Assembly (NCBI GenBank): GCA_016235665.1
Contig: JACRJI010000013.1
Location: 143,095 to 207,094 of the forward strand
Direction: 5' to 3'
DNA length: 64,000 nucleotides
Origin: a candidate division TA06 bacterium
GTDB lineage: Bacteria; Edwardsbacteria; AC1; EtOH8
Made by a program: the position numbers and the translations under genes
Shown here: positions 1 through 10,100 of the stretch, piece by piece
Position numbering within the stretch: the stretch's first letter is position 1
Layout of the letters: every line of letters starts with the position of its first letter
Notes under the pieces: generated by a model
Told to the model about the DNA's origin: nothing
What the model saw: the letters and a program-made list of their open reading frames with translations, nothing else
Database searches by the model: none

Positions 1-2
1 AC

Positions 3-164
3 CAGAAACGCCGCAAGTACATGTTGTGGACCATTGGTGTCTGGCTGGGTTCGCTGGCTGACGCCTATGTCAGCGCCCACCTGTACAAATTCAACCAGAA
101 CTCCGAACCGCGGATAACTTTTGTGATCGACCGGAATAAGCTGGCTCTGGCGGGACGGTTTTGA
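3..164 (+). CDS. 3' end of a membrane protein (DUF5683-like), truncated by the window edge
   Basis: Frame 3 reads QKRRKYMLWTIGVWLGSLADAYVSAHLYKF...LAGRF* with TGA at 162-164. A hydrophobic segment precedes a DAYVxAHL motif. Confidence 0.55.
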   Translation, partial: QKRRKYMLWTIGVWLGSLADAYVSAHLYKFNQNSEPRITFVIDRNKLALAGRF

Positions 165-177
165 CCCAACCCTTTCA

Positions 178-212
178 CCCCTTCCCGCATCGGGAAGGGG
201 CCGGGGGTTAGG
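178..212. repeat. GC-rich REP-like hairpin
   Basis: CCCCTTCCCG-CAT-CGGGAAGGGG followed by CCGGGGGTTAGG, intergenic. Confidence 0.45.
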
Positions 213-265
213 TCGGAAAAACCATACTTACAAATGCATCCCATCTTGAATACAAGGAGAACCTA

Positions 266-1774
266 ATGCCGATAACAACCAACTTAATTCTTCTGGGCTT
301 CGGGCTGTTCCTGGCCTTCGCAGTCTTATGGCTGTTCCTGAGGGGCTTAAGCCGCTGGAAGTTCTTCCAAAGCCTGGGCCTGGTGCTGAACATCAGCGGG
401 CTGTACGTGGCTTTCCGGCTCTTTTTGCATTGGGGTCATATTCCCTTGAAAACGCAGACCCATACCCTGGTTCTTTCCATCGGGGTGTTTTTGGGATTCT
501 ATCTGGCCATCAAGATCTTCGAATACCTGGGATTTGACCTGTTGCTTTCCCACAGCAGAAAGGCCCAGGTACCGCTGCTGTTGCGGGACATCATGCGCTG
601 GATGCTGGCTATACTGGTGTTCTTCATCATCCTCAAGGTGAACCTGGGGGTCAACCTGGGGCCGCTGTTTGCCACCTCGGCCGCTTTGACCTTCATCCTG
701 GGCATCGCCATGCAGGACGTGCTGGGCAATCTGTTCGCCGGGATCGCCCTGAACCTGGAACGGCCCTTTGCCATCGGCGACTGGGTGATGATCAACAACC
801 AGGAGGGGCAGGTGGAGAACATGACCTGGCGGGCCACCCGGCTTAAGACCTTCACCGACGACTACGTGATCATTCCCAACGCCTCCATCGCCAAGAACGA
901 GATCATCAACTACAGCCATCCCACCCCCATCCACGCCCGGGAACTGGTGATCGGCGTTCCCTACACCGCCGCGCCCAGCCTGATCAAGCAGGTGATCTCC
1001 GGGGCCATGACCGAAGCCCACGGGGTGATCAAGGATCCCCAGCCCCGGGTCTGGCTGAAGGAGTACGACGACTATACCATCAACTACCGGGTCAAATTCT
1101 GGATCGACGATTTCGGAGACCTGTATGAGATCGAGGACGACGTGATGAGCCGGATCTGGTACCATTTCAAGCGCCACGGCATTGAATTCCCCTATCCCAT
1201 CAGCGACGTCCGGGTGACCCCGGCCAAGGTCCGGGAACCGGAGGAACTGCGCCGGGCGGAAGAACAGCAGGCCGGCCTGTATCTCAAACAGGTGCCGCTC
1301 TTCGCCGCCATTCCCGAAAAGGACCTGAAAAGGCTGGCCGCCAGCCTGCAGGCCAAGACCTTTGCGGCCGGCGAGCATCTGGTGCGGCAGGGCGATGAGG
1401 GCGGGTCGTTTTACATCATCAAGCAGGGAAAGGTGGAGGTGCTGGTGGCCGATCCCGAAGGCCGCCAGACCAGGGTGGCCGAACTGGAAACGGGCAAGTT
1501 CTTCGGCGAGATGTCCCTGCTGACCGGGGAGAAGCGCAGCGCCTCGATCCGGGCCGTCGGGGACGTGGAGGTGCTGGCGGTGGAGAAGAAGGACATCAGC
1601 CCGATACTGACGGCCAACCCCAAGATAGCCGAATCGCTTTCCAAGATGATCGAGCAAAGGCAGAAGGAGAACCTGGAGCGGATCGCCAAGTCCCGGGCCA
1701 TCTCCGAGGAGGAGCGGCGGGCCGCCAGCTCGGCCAGCATTCTGAAGAAGATCCGAAATTTCTTCGCGATGTAA
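266..1774 (+). CDS. MscS-family mechanosensitive channel with C-terminal cyclic-nucleotide-binding domain
   Basis: N-terminal TM helices; MscS core (GIAMQDVLGNLFAGI, PFAIGDWV, IPN); cNMP domain (QGDEGGSFYII, FFGEMSLLTGEKRSASIRA); AAGGAG RBS. Confidence 0.9.
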   Translation: MPITTNLILLGFGLFLAFAVLWLFLRGLSRWKFFQSLGLVLNISGLYVAFRLFLHWGHIPLKTQTHTLVLSIGVFLGFYLAIKIFEYLGFDLLLSHSRKAQVPLLLRDIMRWMLAILVFFIILKVNLGVNLGPLFATSAALTFILGIAMQDVLGNLFAGIALNLERPFAIGDWVMINNQEGQVENMTWRATRLKTFTDDYVIIPNASIAKNEIINYSHPTPIHARELVIGVPYTAAPSLIKQVISGAMTEAHGVIKDPQPRVWLKEYDDYTINYRVKFWIDDFGDLYEIEDDVMSRIWYHFKRHGIEFPYPISDVRVTPAKVREPEELRRAEEQQAGLYLKQVPLFAAIPEKDLKRLAASLQAKTFAAGEHLVRQGDEGGSFYIIKQGKVEVLVADPEGRQTRVAELETGKFFGEMSLLTGEKRSASIRAVGDVEVLAVEKKDISPILTANPKIAESLSKMIEQRQKENLERIAKSRAISEEERRAASSASILKKIRNFFAM

Positions 1775-1803
1775 AACGAGAGGATTGCTTTTACCACGAT
1801 TGC

Positions 1804-1867
1804 GCCCCGCCACACTTCGACTGCGGCTTAAGCATGCTCTGTCCGGCGGCTCAGTGTCCGGCGGGGC
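1804..1867. repeat. Nested REP-like palindromic element
   Basis: Outer GCCCCGCC...GGCGGGGC encloses ACACTTCGACTGC...GCTCAGTGT. Related units occur at 39207-39309, 56240-56263 and 60913-60956. Confidence 0.5.
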
Positions 1868-1882
1868 TATAGCGCGCAGTAA

Positions 1883-3073
<1,191 letters not shown>

Positions 3074-3096
3074 AAAATCAATAGGGAGGAAAAATC

Positions 3097-3777
3097 ATGA
3101 ACCGGATAACATTTACCGGCATCATTTTCTGCCTGCTGGCTTTGACTTCCAACCTGTTTCCCAAGAGTCTGGTCCATGCCTCGCCCGGAAGCGGCAACAT
3201 AACCATCGAGACCAGGAACATAGATAACGCCCAGAAGGAACTGCAAAAAGCGGCCACTGAGCTGAAGGTCGTTTTCAAAAGCTACAGCGACTACAAGAAC
3301 AGCTCCAATAACAAGCGGGCCATCAGCGCCAACTGCCTGGTGGATAAAACCCAGGCGGTGGCGTTCATCAATCTGGTGGCTGGCTGGGGCTCGGTTCAGT
3401 CCCAGTCGTATTACGAGAACCAGGACGAGCTGGATCTGCCGGCCAAGGAGAAAAAACTTAAGGCCTTTCAAAGATACCTGGCCAAAATACTCACTTCGGC
3501 CAGCCCCGACCCCGACGTGGTGGCGTTGATCAGCCAGCAGGTGCAGAGCCTGGAATACGAGGTTAACCGGATCAAGGGGGAGGGCCAGGGCAAGTCGGCC
3601 AATATCTCCATCCAGATCCAGGAAAAAGGCTACAACCAGCAGCCTTTTGAATTCCTGGGGCCAAAGTCCTTCATCAAGACCGTGGCCATGGCCCTGGCGC
3701 TTCTTTGTCTGATGATGGGGGTGGTGCTGGGCTGGCTGATGGCCAAGTACAAATTCAAAAACAAAAAGACGGCCTGA
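3097..3777 (+). CDS. Exported protein with C-terminal TM anchor (DUF4349-like architecture)
   Basis: GGAGG RBS, signal-peptide-like N-terminus, coiled segment, C-terminal hydrophobic helix followed by a basic tail. Confidence 0.55.
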   Translation: MNRITFTGIIFCLLALTSNLFPKSLVHASPGSGNITIETRNIDNAQKELQKAATELKVVFKSYSDYKNSSNNKRAISANCLVDKTQAVAFINLVAGWGSVQSQSYYENQDELDLPAKEKKLKAFQRYLAKILTSASPDPDVVALISQQVQSLEYEVNRIKGEGQGKSANISIQIQEKGYNQQPFEFLGPKSFIKTVAMALALLCLMMGVVLGWLMAKYKFKNKKTA

Positions 3778-3790
3778 TCCAACGTGGGTT

Positions 3791-3808
3791 GACAGGATTT
3801 ACATGATT
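3791..3808. repeat. Dispersed 18-bp repeat GACAGGATTTACATGATT
   Basis: Near-identical copies at 6190-6207, 6340-6357 (inverted) and 40053-40070. Confidence 0.6.
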
Positions 3809-3842
3809 AACTGACCATTTAAAACAACTCGCCGATAGTGAC

Positions 3843-4775
3843 ATGCCCAAGATCGCGGCCATAGACATAGGCTCCAACGCCATCAGGATGGCGGTGGCGG
3901 AGGTCTCCGCCGCCGGACTTCCGCAAAACCTTAAGCACTACCGGGAACCAGTGCGGCTGGGAACGGATGTCTTCACTGCGGGCCGGGTCGGCCGGGAAAC
4001 CATCGAAGCAGCGCTGGCGGCCCTTAAAAAATACCAAGTGATCATAAACTCCATGGCAGCCCAGCCCGTCAGGGCCGTGGCCACCGAAGCCCTGCGCCGG
4101 GCCGGCAATTGCTCCGAGGTCCTTCAAACCATCGAACTTGAGACCGGCCTGAAAGTGGAGATAATATCTCCGCAGACCGAGGCTGAATTGGTGCTGAACG
4201 CTCTCTCCCAAAAAATAGATCTGACGGGAAGGAACGTTCTTCACCTGGAGTTGGGCGGGGGCAGCCTGGAACTGAGCACGGTACTAAACGGCACCCTGGC
4301 CGCTTCCCAAAGCTTTGAACTCGGAGCTATAAGGCTTTTGCAAAACATCAGAGCAACGAACAAGGACCAGGCGCTGTCCGACATCAAAAAACTGGCCGGA
4401 CCTGCACTTGTTTGGCTGGATGAAGCCCAGAAACAGCATCAAATGGATGTTCTGGTCGGCACCGGGGGAAGCCTGGAGCTTTTGGCTGATCTGGCGGTCC
4501 AGGTGACGGGCTCTGGCAAAAAGAACCACCTGCATCGTGGCAGCCTGGAAAGGATCGTGGACTCTCTGATTCCATTGGACCTGAAACAGAGAATGGACCG
4601 GTTCAACCTGAAACCAGACCGGGCGGACGTGGCCCTGCCGGCGGCGCTGCTGATCTTGGTCCTGCTGGGAAACACCAGACTGGACGAGATCCAAGTCCCC
4701 CGGGTGGGATTGAAAGACGGTTTGCTCATGGCAATAGCACAATCTCTAAATACAGGAAACAGCAATGACGGCTAA
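3843..4775 (+). CDS. ppx: Ppx/GppA family exopolyphosphatase (short form)
   Basis: AAIDIGSNAIRM, VRLG, AVATEALR, ELGGGSLE, GTGG, RADV, GLKDG. Confidence 0.9.
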   Translation: MPKIAAIDIGSNAIRMAVAEVSAAGLPQNLKHYREPVRLGTDVFTAGRVGRETIEAALAALKKYQVIINSMAAQPVRAVATEALRRAGNCSEVLQTIELETGLKVEIISPQTEAELVLNALSQKIDLTGRNVLHLELGGGSLELSTVLNGTLAASQSFELGAIRLLQNIRATNKDQALSDIKKLAGPALVWLDEAQKQHQMDVLVGTGGSLELLADLAVQVTGSGKKNHLHRGSLERIVDSLIPLDLKQRMDRFNLKPDRADVALPAALLILVLLGNTRLDEIQVPRVGLKDGLLMAIAQSLNTGNSNDG

Positions 4776-5457
4776 ATTCGTCGAAGGGCAGGAACTGCCG
4801 GGCAAGCTGATAGCGGTGGAAGGGCTGGACGGCTCGGGCAAGTCCACCCAGATCCACCTGGTCAAGCGCTGGCTGGAACTGGAGGGCTACAAGGTCTTCT
4901 TCACCGAGTGGAACTCCTCGCCCCTGGTCCGGCAGTCGGTGAAGAACGGGAAGCGGGAGCAGCTCTTGACCCCCACCACCTTTGCCCTGATCCACTGCAC
5001 CGATTTCGCGGACCGCTACGAGCGCCAGATCCTGCCGCTGCTCCACGCCGGGTACATCGTGCTGGCCGACCGCTACATCTACACCGCCTTCGCCCGGGAC
5101 GCGGTGCGGGGCTGCGACCGGGACTGGGTGAAAAGCCTGTACAGCTATGCGGTCCACCCCCACGTCACCTTCTTCTTCGACGTGCCGCTGGAGATGGCGC
5201 TGTCCCGGATCATGTCGGGGCGGGCCAAGCTGAAGCACTACGAGGCCGGCATGGACATGGGTTATTCTCCCGACATCCTCCAGAGCTTCAAGACCTTTCA
5301 GGGGAAGATGCGGGAGGAATACCTGCGGATGACCGAGGAGTTCGGGTTCATCAAGATAGACGTGGGCCGCCCGCCCGACCAGCTGCAGAAAGAGGTGCGG
5401 GGCCACATTCAGGAACGGATAGAGCTGGAGAGGTACAAATGGAAAACATCGCGCTGA
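4765..5457 (+). CDS. Thymidylate-kinase-family protein, first of a tandem pair
   Basis: P-loop EGLDGSGKST and LADRY; overlaps the ppx stop. Confidence 0.85.
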   Translation: MTAKFVEGQELPGKLIAVEGLDGSGKSTQIHLVKRWLELEGYKVFFTEWNSSPLVRQSVKNGKREQLLTPTTFALIHCTDFADRYERQILPLLHAGYIVLADRYIYTAFARDAVRGCDRDWVKSLYSYAVHPHVTFFFDVPLEMALSRIMSGRAKLKHYEAGMDMGYSPDILQSFKTFQGKMREEYLRMTEEFGFIKIDVGRPPDQLQKEVRGHIQERIELERYKWKTSR

Positions 5458-6167
5458 CCCCCAAGAAATTCTACGGCCAGGGGCTTCCCAACGTCGACCC
5501 GGGAACACTCAACGGCAAGCTGATCGTGATAGAAGGGGCCGACGGCTCCGGGCGCACCACCCAGATCAACCTCCTCAGCGACTGGCTGGAGCGGCTGGGC
5601 TACGCCACCACCCGGGTGGGCCTTAAAAGATCGAAGCTGGTGGGGGCCGAGCTGGAGGAGGCCATGCAGGGCAACACTCTCAGCCCCATCACCCTGTCGC
5701 TGTTCTACGCCACCGACTTTGCCGACCAGCTGGAGAAGACCATCATCCCGGCCCTGAAGTCGGATTTCATCGTGCTGGCCGACCGCTACATCTACACCCT
5801 GATGGCCCGGGACATCGCCCGGGGGGTGGACCCGGCCTGGGTGCGCGAGGTCTACGGCATAGCCCTGGTCCCGGACGCGGTCTTTTACCTGAAGGCCGGC
5901 CCGGAGCTTCTGGCCGAGCGGAATTTCAAGAACAAGGGCGGACTGGACTACTGGGAATCCGGCATGGACATTCAGCGCAGCGGCGACCGCTACGAGTGCT
6001 TTATAAAATACCACCGCAAGATCCAAAACATCTTCGGGGAAATGCAGGAGCATTACGGGTTCGAGTCCGTCAATGCCGGAAGGGCGCCCAACACCATTTC
6101 CCAGGACCTGATCTCCAAGGTCAGGTTCATATTAAGCCCGCTGGAGTTGAACAGCCGGGAAGAATAG
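5439..6167 (+). CDS. Thymidylate-kinase-family protein, second of a tandem pair (variant P-loop)
   Basis: ATG 5439 (MENIALTPKK); P-loop EGADGSGRTT; LADRYIYT shared with the upstream paralog. Confidence 0.85.
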   Translation: MENIALTPKKFYGQGLPNVDPGTLNGKLIVIEGADGSGRTTQINLLSDWLERLGYATTRVGLKRSKLVGAELEEAMQGNTLSPITLSLFYATDFADQLEKTIIPALKSDFIVLADRYIYTLMARDIARGVDPAWVREVYGIALVPDAVFYLKAGPELLAERNFKNKGGLDYWESGMDIQRSGDRYECFIKYHRKIQNIFGEMQEHYGFESVNAGRAPNTISQDLISKVRFILSPLELNSREE

Positions 6168-6189
6168 GGATTTTTACTTTACCGGGGCA

Positions 6190-6357
6190 GACAGGATTAA
6201 CATGATTCCACGGATTTGATTTTATTCAAATAAATATCCATGGAGAACCTTGTATAGTCAATAATATTCGTGCCGTTTTGCCGCTGCAGCGGCACCCCGC
6301 CCACAGGCGGTGGCGTTTGTTTCGTGGGTTGGAATAAAAAATCATGTAAATCCTGTC
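6190..6357. repeat. 168-bp intergenic element bounded by 18-bp inverted repeats (MITE-like)
   Basis: GACAGGATTAACATGATT (6190-6207) and AATCATGTAAATCCTGTC (6340-6357), 17/18 complementary. Confidence 0.5.
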
Positions 6358-6367
6358 AAAAATATTC

Positions 6368-6877
6368 ATGGAACTATACATACTAAGACACGGGCTGGCC
6401 GGGGAGTTCGGGGATCCCCGCTACTCCGACGACAGCCAGAGACCGCTGACCGCCGAGGGCAAGCGCAAGATGCTCCAGGCGGCGCTGGGCATGAAGGCCA
6501 TGGGTCTGTCCTTTGACTTGGCCTTTGCCAGCCCGTACCTGCGGGCCCGGCAGACCGCCGAGATCGTATGCCGGCTGCTGGACTGCCTTGATATCCTGCA
6601 GATCACCGAAAACCTGGAGCCCGGCCGGGATCCCAGAAAACTGATAGCCGAGATAAACGAGAATGCTCCGAAGAACAAAAGCGTGCTGATAGCAGGGCAC
6701 GAGCCATTTTTAAGCGGGCTGATAGCATATTTGATCTCCGGCAGCCACAGTCCCCAGGTAGAATTCAAGAAAGGGGCCTTGTGCAAGCTGGAGGCAGGAG
6801 AGTTGAAATACGGGCGCTGCGCCGCGCTTCACTGGCTGTTGACCAGCAAACAAATGGGGATGATGGTTGGCAAATAA
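6368..6877 (+). CDS. sixA: Phosphohistidine phosphatase SixA
   Basis: LYILRHG, RPLTAEG, SPYLRARQTA, GHEP. Confidence 0.9.
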   Translation: MELYILRHGLAGEFGDPRYSDDSQRPLTAEGKRKMLQAALGMKAMGLSFDLAFASPYLRARQTAEIVCRLLDCLDILQITENLEPGRDPRKLIAEINENAPKNKSVLIAGHEPFLSGLIAYLISGSHSPQVEFKKGALCKLEAGELKYGRCAALHWLLTSKQMGMMVGK

Positions 6878-6895
6878 AGATATATCGTTCGGCTC

Positions 6896-6924
6896 TTGAC
6901 AAAGCCCCTAAATTGAGTTACACT
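6896..6924 (+). promoter_or_regulatory. sigma70-type promoter
   Basis: TTGACA-17 nt-TACACT. Confidence 0.55.
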
Positions 6925-7081
6925 AATTAATTAGAGATAAATAATTGCATATTGTGTAAAATATGCATCATTTCCCGGAAACCGAAATAGTTATAGAGTT
7001 ATCTAACTTATAATCCCCTTTACAGTCCATTGAATTTAAAGACCTTGCAGCTTTTGGTAAAACAGTCAAAGCGAAGAGATC

Positions 7082-7097
7082 CGGCACTATTCTTGCA
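7082..7097 (+). promoter_or_regulatory. sigma54 (-24/-12) promoter upstream of the peptidase cluster
   Basis: CGGCAC-TATTC-TTGCA matches YGGCAC-N5-TTGCW, about 35 nt before ATG 7133. Confidence 0.65.
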
Positions 7098-7132
7098 GTA
7101 ATATTCTTCAATATATAAAACATGGAGAAAAC

Positions 7133-10100
7133 ATGAAACACCATGGCATAAAAATGGCTGTCATCGGCCTGATGATATTAGCCGTATCAGGGTCAGCCCA
7201 GGCCCAGTGGCTGTCCCTTACCCAGGCCGGACCGGCCCAAAAGCCGGTCAGCCTGTTGCAAAGCGGCAACAGCCAGATCGTTTTTGAGATCAATGTTCCC
7301 GGTTTCGAAAAAAGCACAGCCAGCACCAAGGGCGGGGACTTTGGCCTGCTGACCATTCCCGGGCAGGGCTACAATACCGCCGTCGGCCAGCCTAAGCTTC
7401 CGGTGATATCCGAATGGCTGGAGATACCCCAGGGCGCAACGGCCACGGCTGAATTTCAGATACTGGAAAGCCGGGAAGTAAGCCTGAAGGAACTGGGAAT
7501 AGAGCAAAAGATCGTCCCGGTGCAGTACCCGGTGCCCAAGATCGAAGGCGCCGCCGAAAAGATACCGTTTGCCATGGACGATAACATTTATTCCAAGGAC
7601 AAATTCTTCGGGCAGGCCAAAGTAACCCTTTCCCGTCCGGTAAGCATGCGTGCCAAGCGGGCGGTGCTGGCCAGTTTTAATCCCATATCCTATAACCCGG
7701 TAAGCGGAAGGCTGAAAATAGCCACCAGGGTCAAAGTGACTGTAAATCTTTCCGGATCGGACCAGGCCCGCACCAACAGCATTTACCAGAAATATTCCTC
7801 CAAACTATACGACAAACATGTGACGGGCATCACCATCAATGAGTTGGCCGTAAGCAAGGCAGGGAAAGCCGTTCTTCCGGCCCCGGTCAATCAGTTGATC
7901 ATAGTGGTGGATTCATTCTACACCGGCATCCAACCGCTGGTGGACTGGGACACCCGCAAGGGATATCATGTGACCGTGACCAGAACTTCGGAGATCCCCG
8001 GCGGGGCAGATACCACTCACATCCGGCAGTACATTCAGTCGGTCTATGACGGAGCCAACCCGCCGGATCTGGTCCTACTGGTGGGCGATGTTAACGGCAT
8101 ACCGGCCCATCGCAGCACCGAGGAGGATCTGCCCTATACCGACCTGTACTATTCCACCATGGCCGGAAGCGACATCGTCCCCGATCTTTATCTCAGCCGG
8201 ATCTCGGTGGCCAACACCCCCCAGCTGGGGTATTATCTTACCAAGTATCTAAACTACCAGCAGGGCAGTTGGGGGGCAAGCCAGGACTGGATGTCCAAGG
8301 CCTATTTTACCTCCACCAATGATCCTATGCATGTGCTGACCGACCTGACCGATAACTATTGCATGGCCCTGTCCCGGAGCCACGGCATCACCTGTGATTC
8401 GCTTTACGCTTATTACGGCACCGGCACCCCTATAGCCACGGCCTTCAACGACGGCAGGACGGTGATGGCCTATACCGGACATGGTTCCACAACCAGCTGG
8501 TCCGGCCCCAGTTTCACCCAGGCTGACATCAACGCCTTGACCAATGCCTATATGTCAACCTTCGTCACCAGCTTTGCCTGCCAGACAGGCGATTTCAGCT
8601 TGGGCGAGTGCTTTGGGGAGACCTGGATCAGGACTGCCAACAAAGGCGCCATCGCATTTTGGGGCTCCTCGGTCTATTCCTACTGGGACGAGGACGATAT
8701 TCTTCAGCGCCGGATGTTCGACGCCTTTCTGGACAGCGGTTATACTCTGATCGGCGGGATGACGGTCAAGGCCAAGCTGGACCTGGGCCGCTTTTACGGC
8801 TGGGATCAGGCGGTCAGCGTTACCGTGAACCGTTATTTTGAGCAATATAACATTTTTGGCAACGCCGGGGTGGACCTGTACACCCAACAGCCGGCCGCCC
8901 TGACGGTAACCCACCCCGACAGCATTTCAGCCTGGCCCAGCCAGCTAACTGTCAATGTCGATGCCGGAGGTCCGGTACAGGACGCATTGGTGGCCGTTTA
9001 CCGTCCCAGTACCAAAACCCTGCTGATCTCGGGTTATACTGATGCTGCCGGCAACATAACTTTCAACATAAACCCCGGGGGAGCGGTTGACAGTCTGGCG
9101 GTGACGGTCACCGCCCACAATTGCGCCCCGTATCAGGGCAAGATACAGACCTATTCCGGCGGGGCCTATGTGGCTCACCTGAAAAACACCGTTGACGATG
9201 CCACAGGGAACGGCGACGGTGTTTTGAACCCCAATGAGACTGCTGGGATACTTCTCTGGCTTAAGAATTTCGGGACCGACACCGCCAAGGCGGTCGGTGC
9301 CAAAATCAGAACCGGAGATGCCTACGTTTCCTTCATCGATTCTGTTGAAATTTACGGGGATATAGCTCCGGGAGATTCCATCGGCATTTTAGGATTTTCG
9401 CTGAATGTAGCAACTTCCGCCCCCGACAGCCACACCACCCTGTTCACTGTGGAATGCCGTGACAGCCGGGACACGGTCTGGCAGTCTGGCTTCATCCTGG
9501 TGATTAGGGCTCCTGAACTGGCTTATAAGTCCCACCTGGTGCTCGATCCGGCTGCCGGCGGTAACAACAACAGCATTCTGGAACCGGGAGAGAGCGACAG
9601 CATCCAGGTGACTATCAGCAACAGCGGAGGACAGACCGCCACCGGGACCACAGCACTGCTCAGCACTTCGGACCCGTACCTGACCATAACCGGGAACAGC
9701 GCTTCCTACGGGGACATTTCGTCCACCGGAGGCGCGGTCTCCGCCCCGGCCTATGCTGTGACGGTGGGCGCACCTCCGGCCTCTCCTTATTTCGCCTGGG
9801 TAAGGCTCAACATCAGCGCCTTAAGCGGAGGCTATGCCAGGACCGACAGTTTCCGGTTGGTGATAGGCGGAGCCGGGTTCTTTGATAATGTTGAGGATGC
9901 CGGCCTCACCGCAAAATATTCTGTACAATCGCAGTGGCACATAACCGGGCAAAGTTCTTACAGCCCGGGGCAAAGCTGGTGGTGCGGCGACAGCGCTTCC
10001 GGCCAATACAGCAGCCTGCTCGACGCCTCGCTGACAACGCCCGAGATCATACTGGGTCCCAAAAGCGAACTCAGTTTCTGGCATAAGTATGATACTGAGG

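Noticed and set aside
4908-5438. N-terminal extension of the second TMK-like ORF (419 aa in the track)
   Set aside because: Overlaps the first paralog out of frame with R/P/G-rich nonsense; the real start is ATG 5439. No sign of a programmed frameshift.
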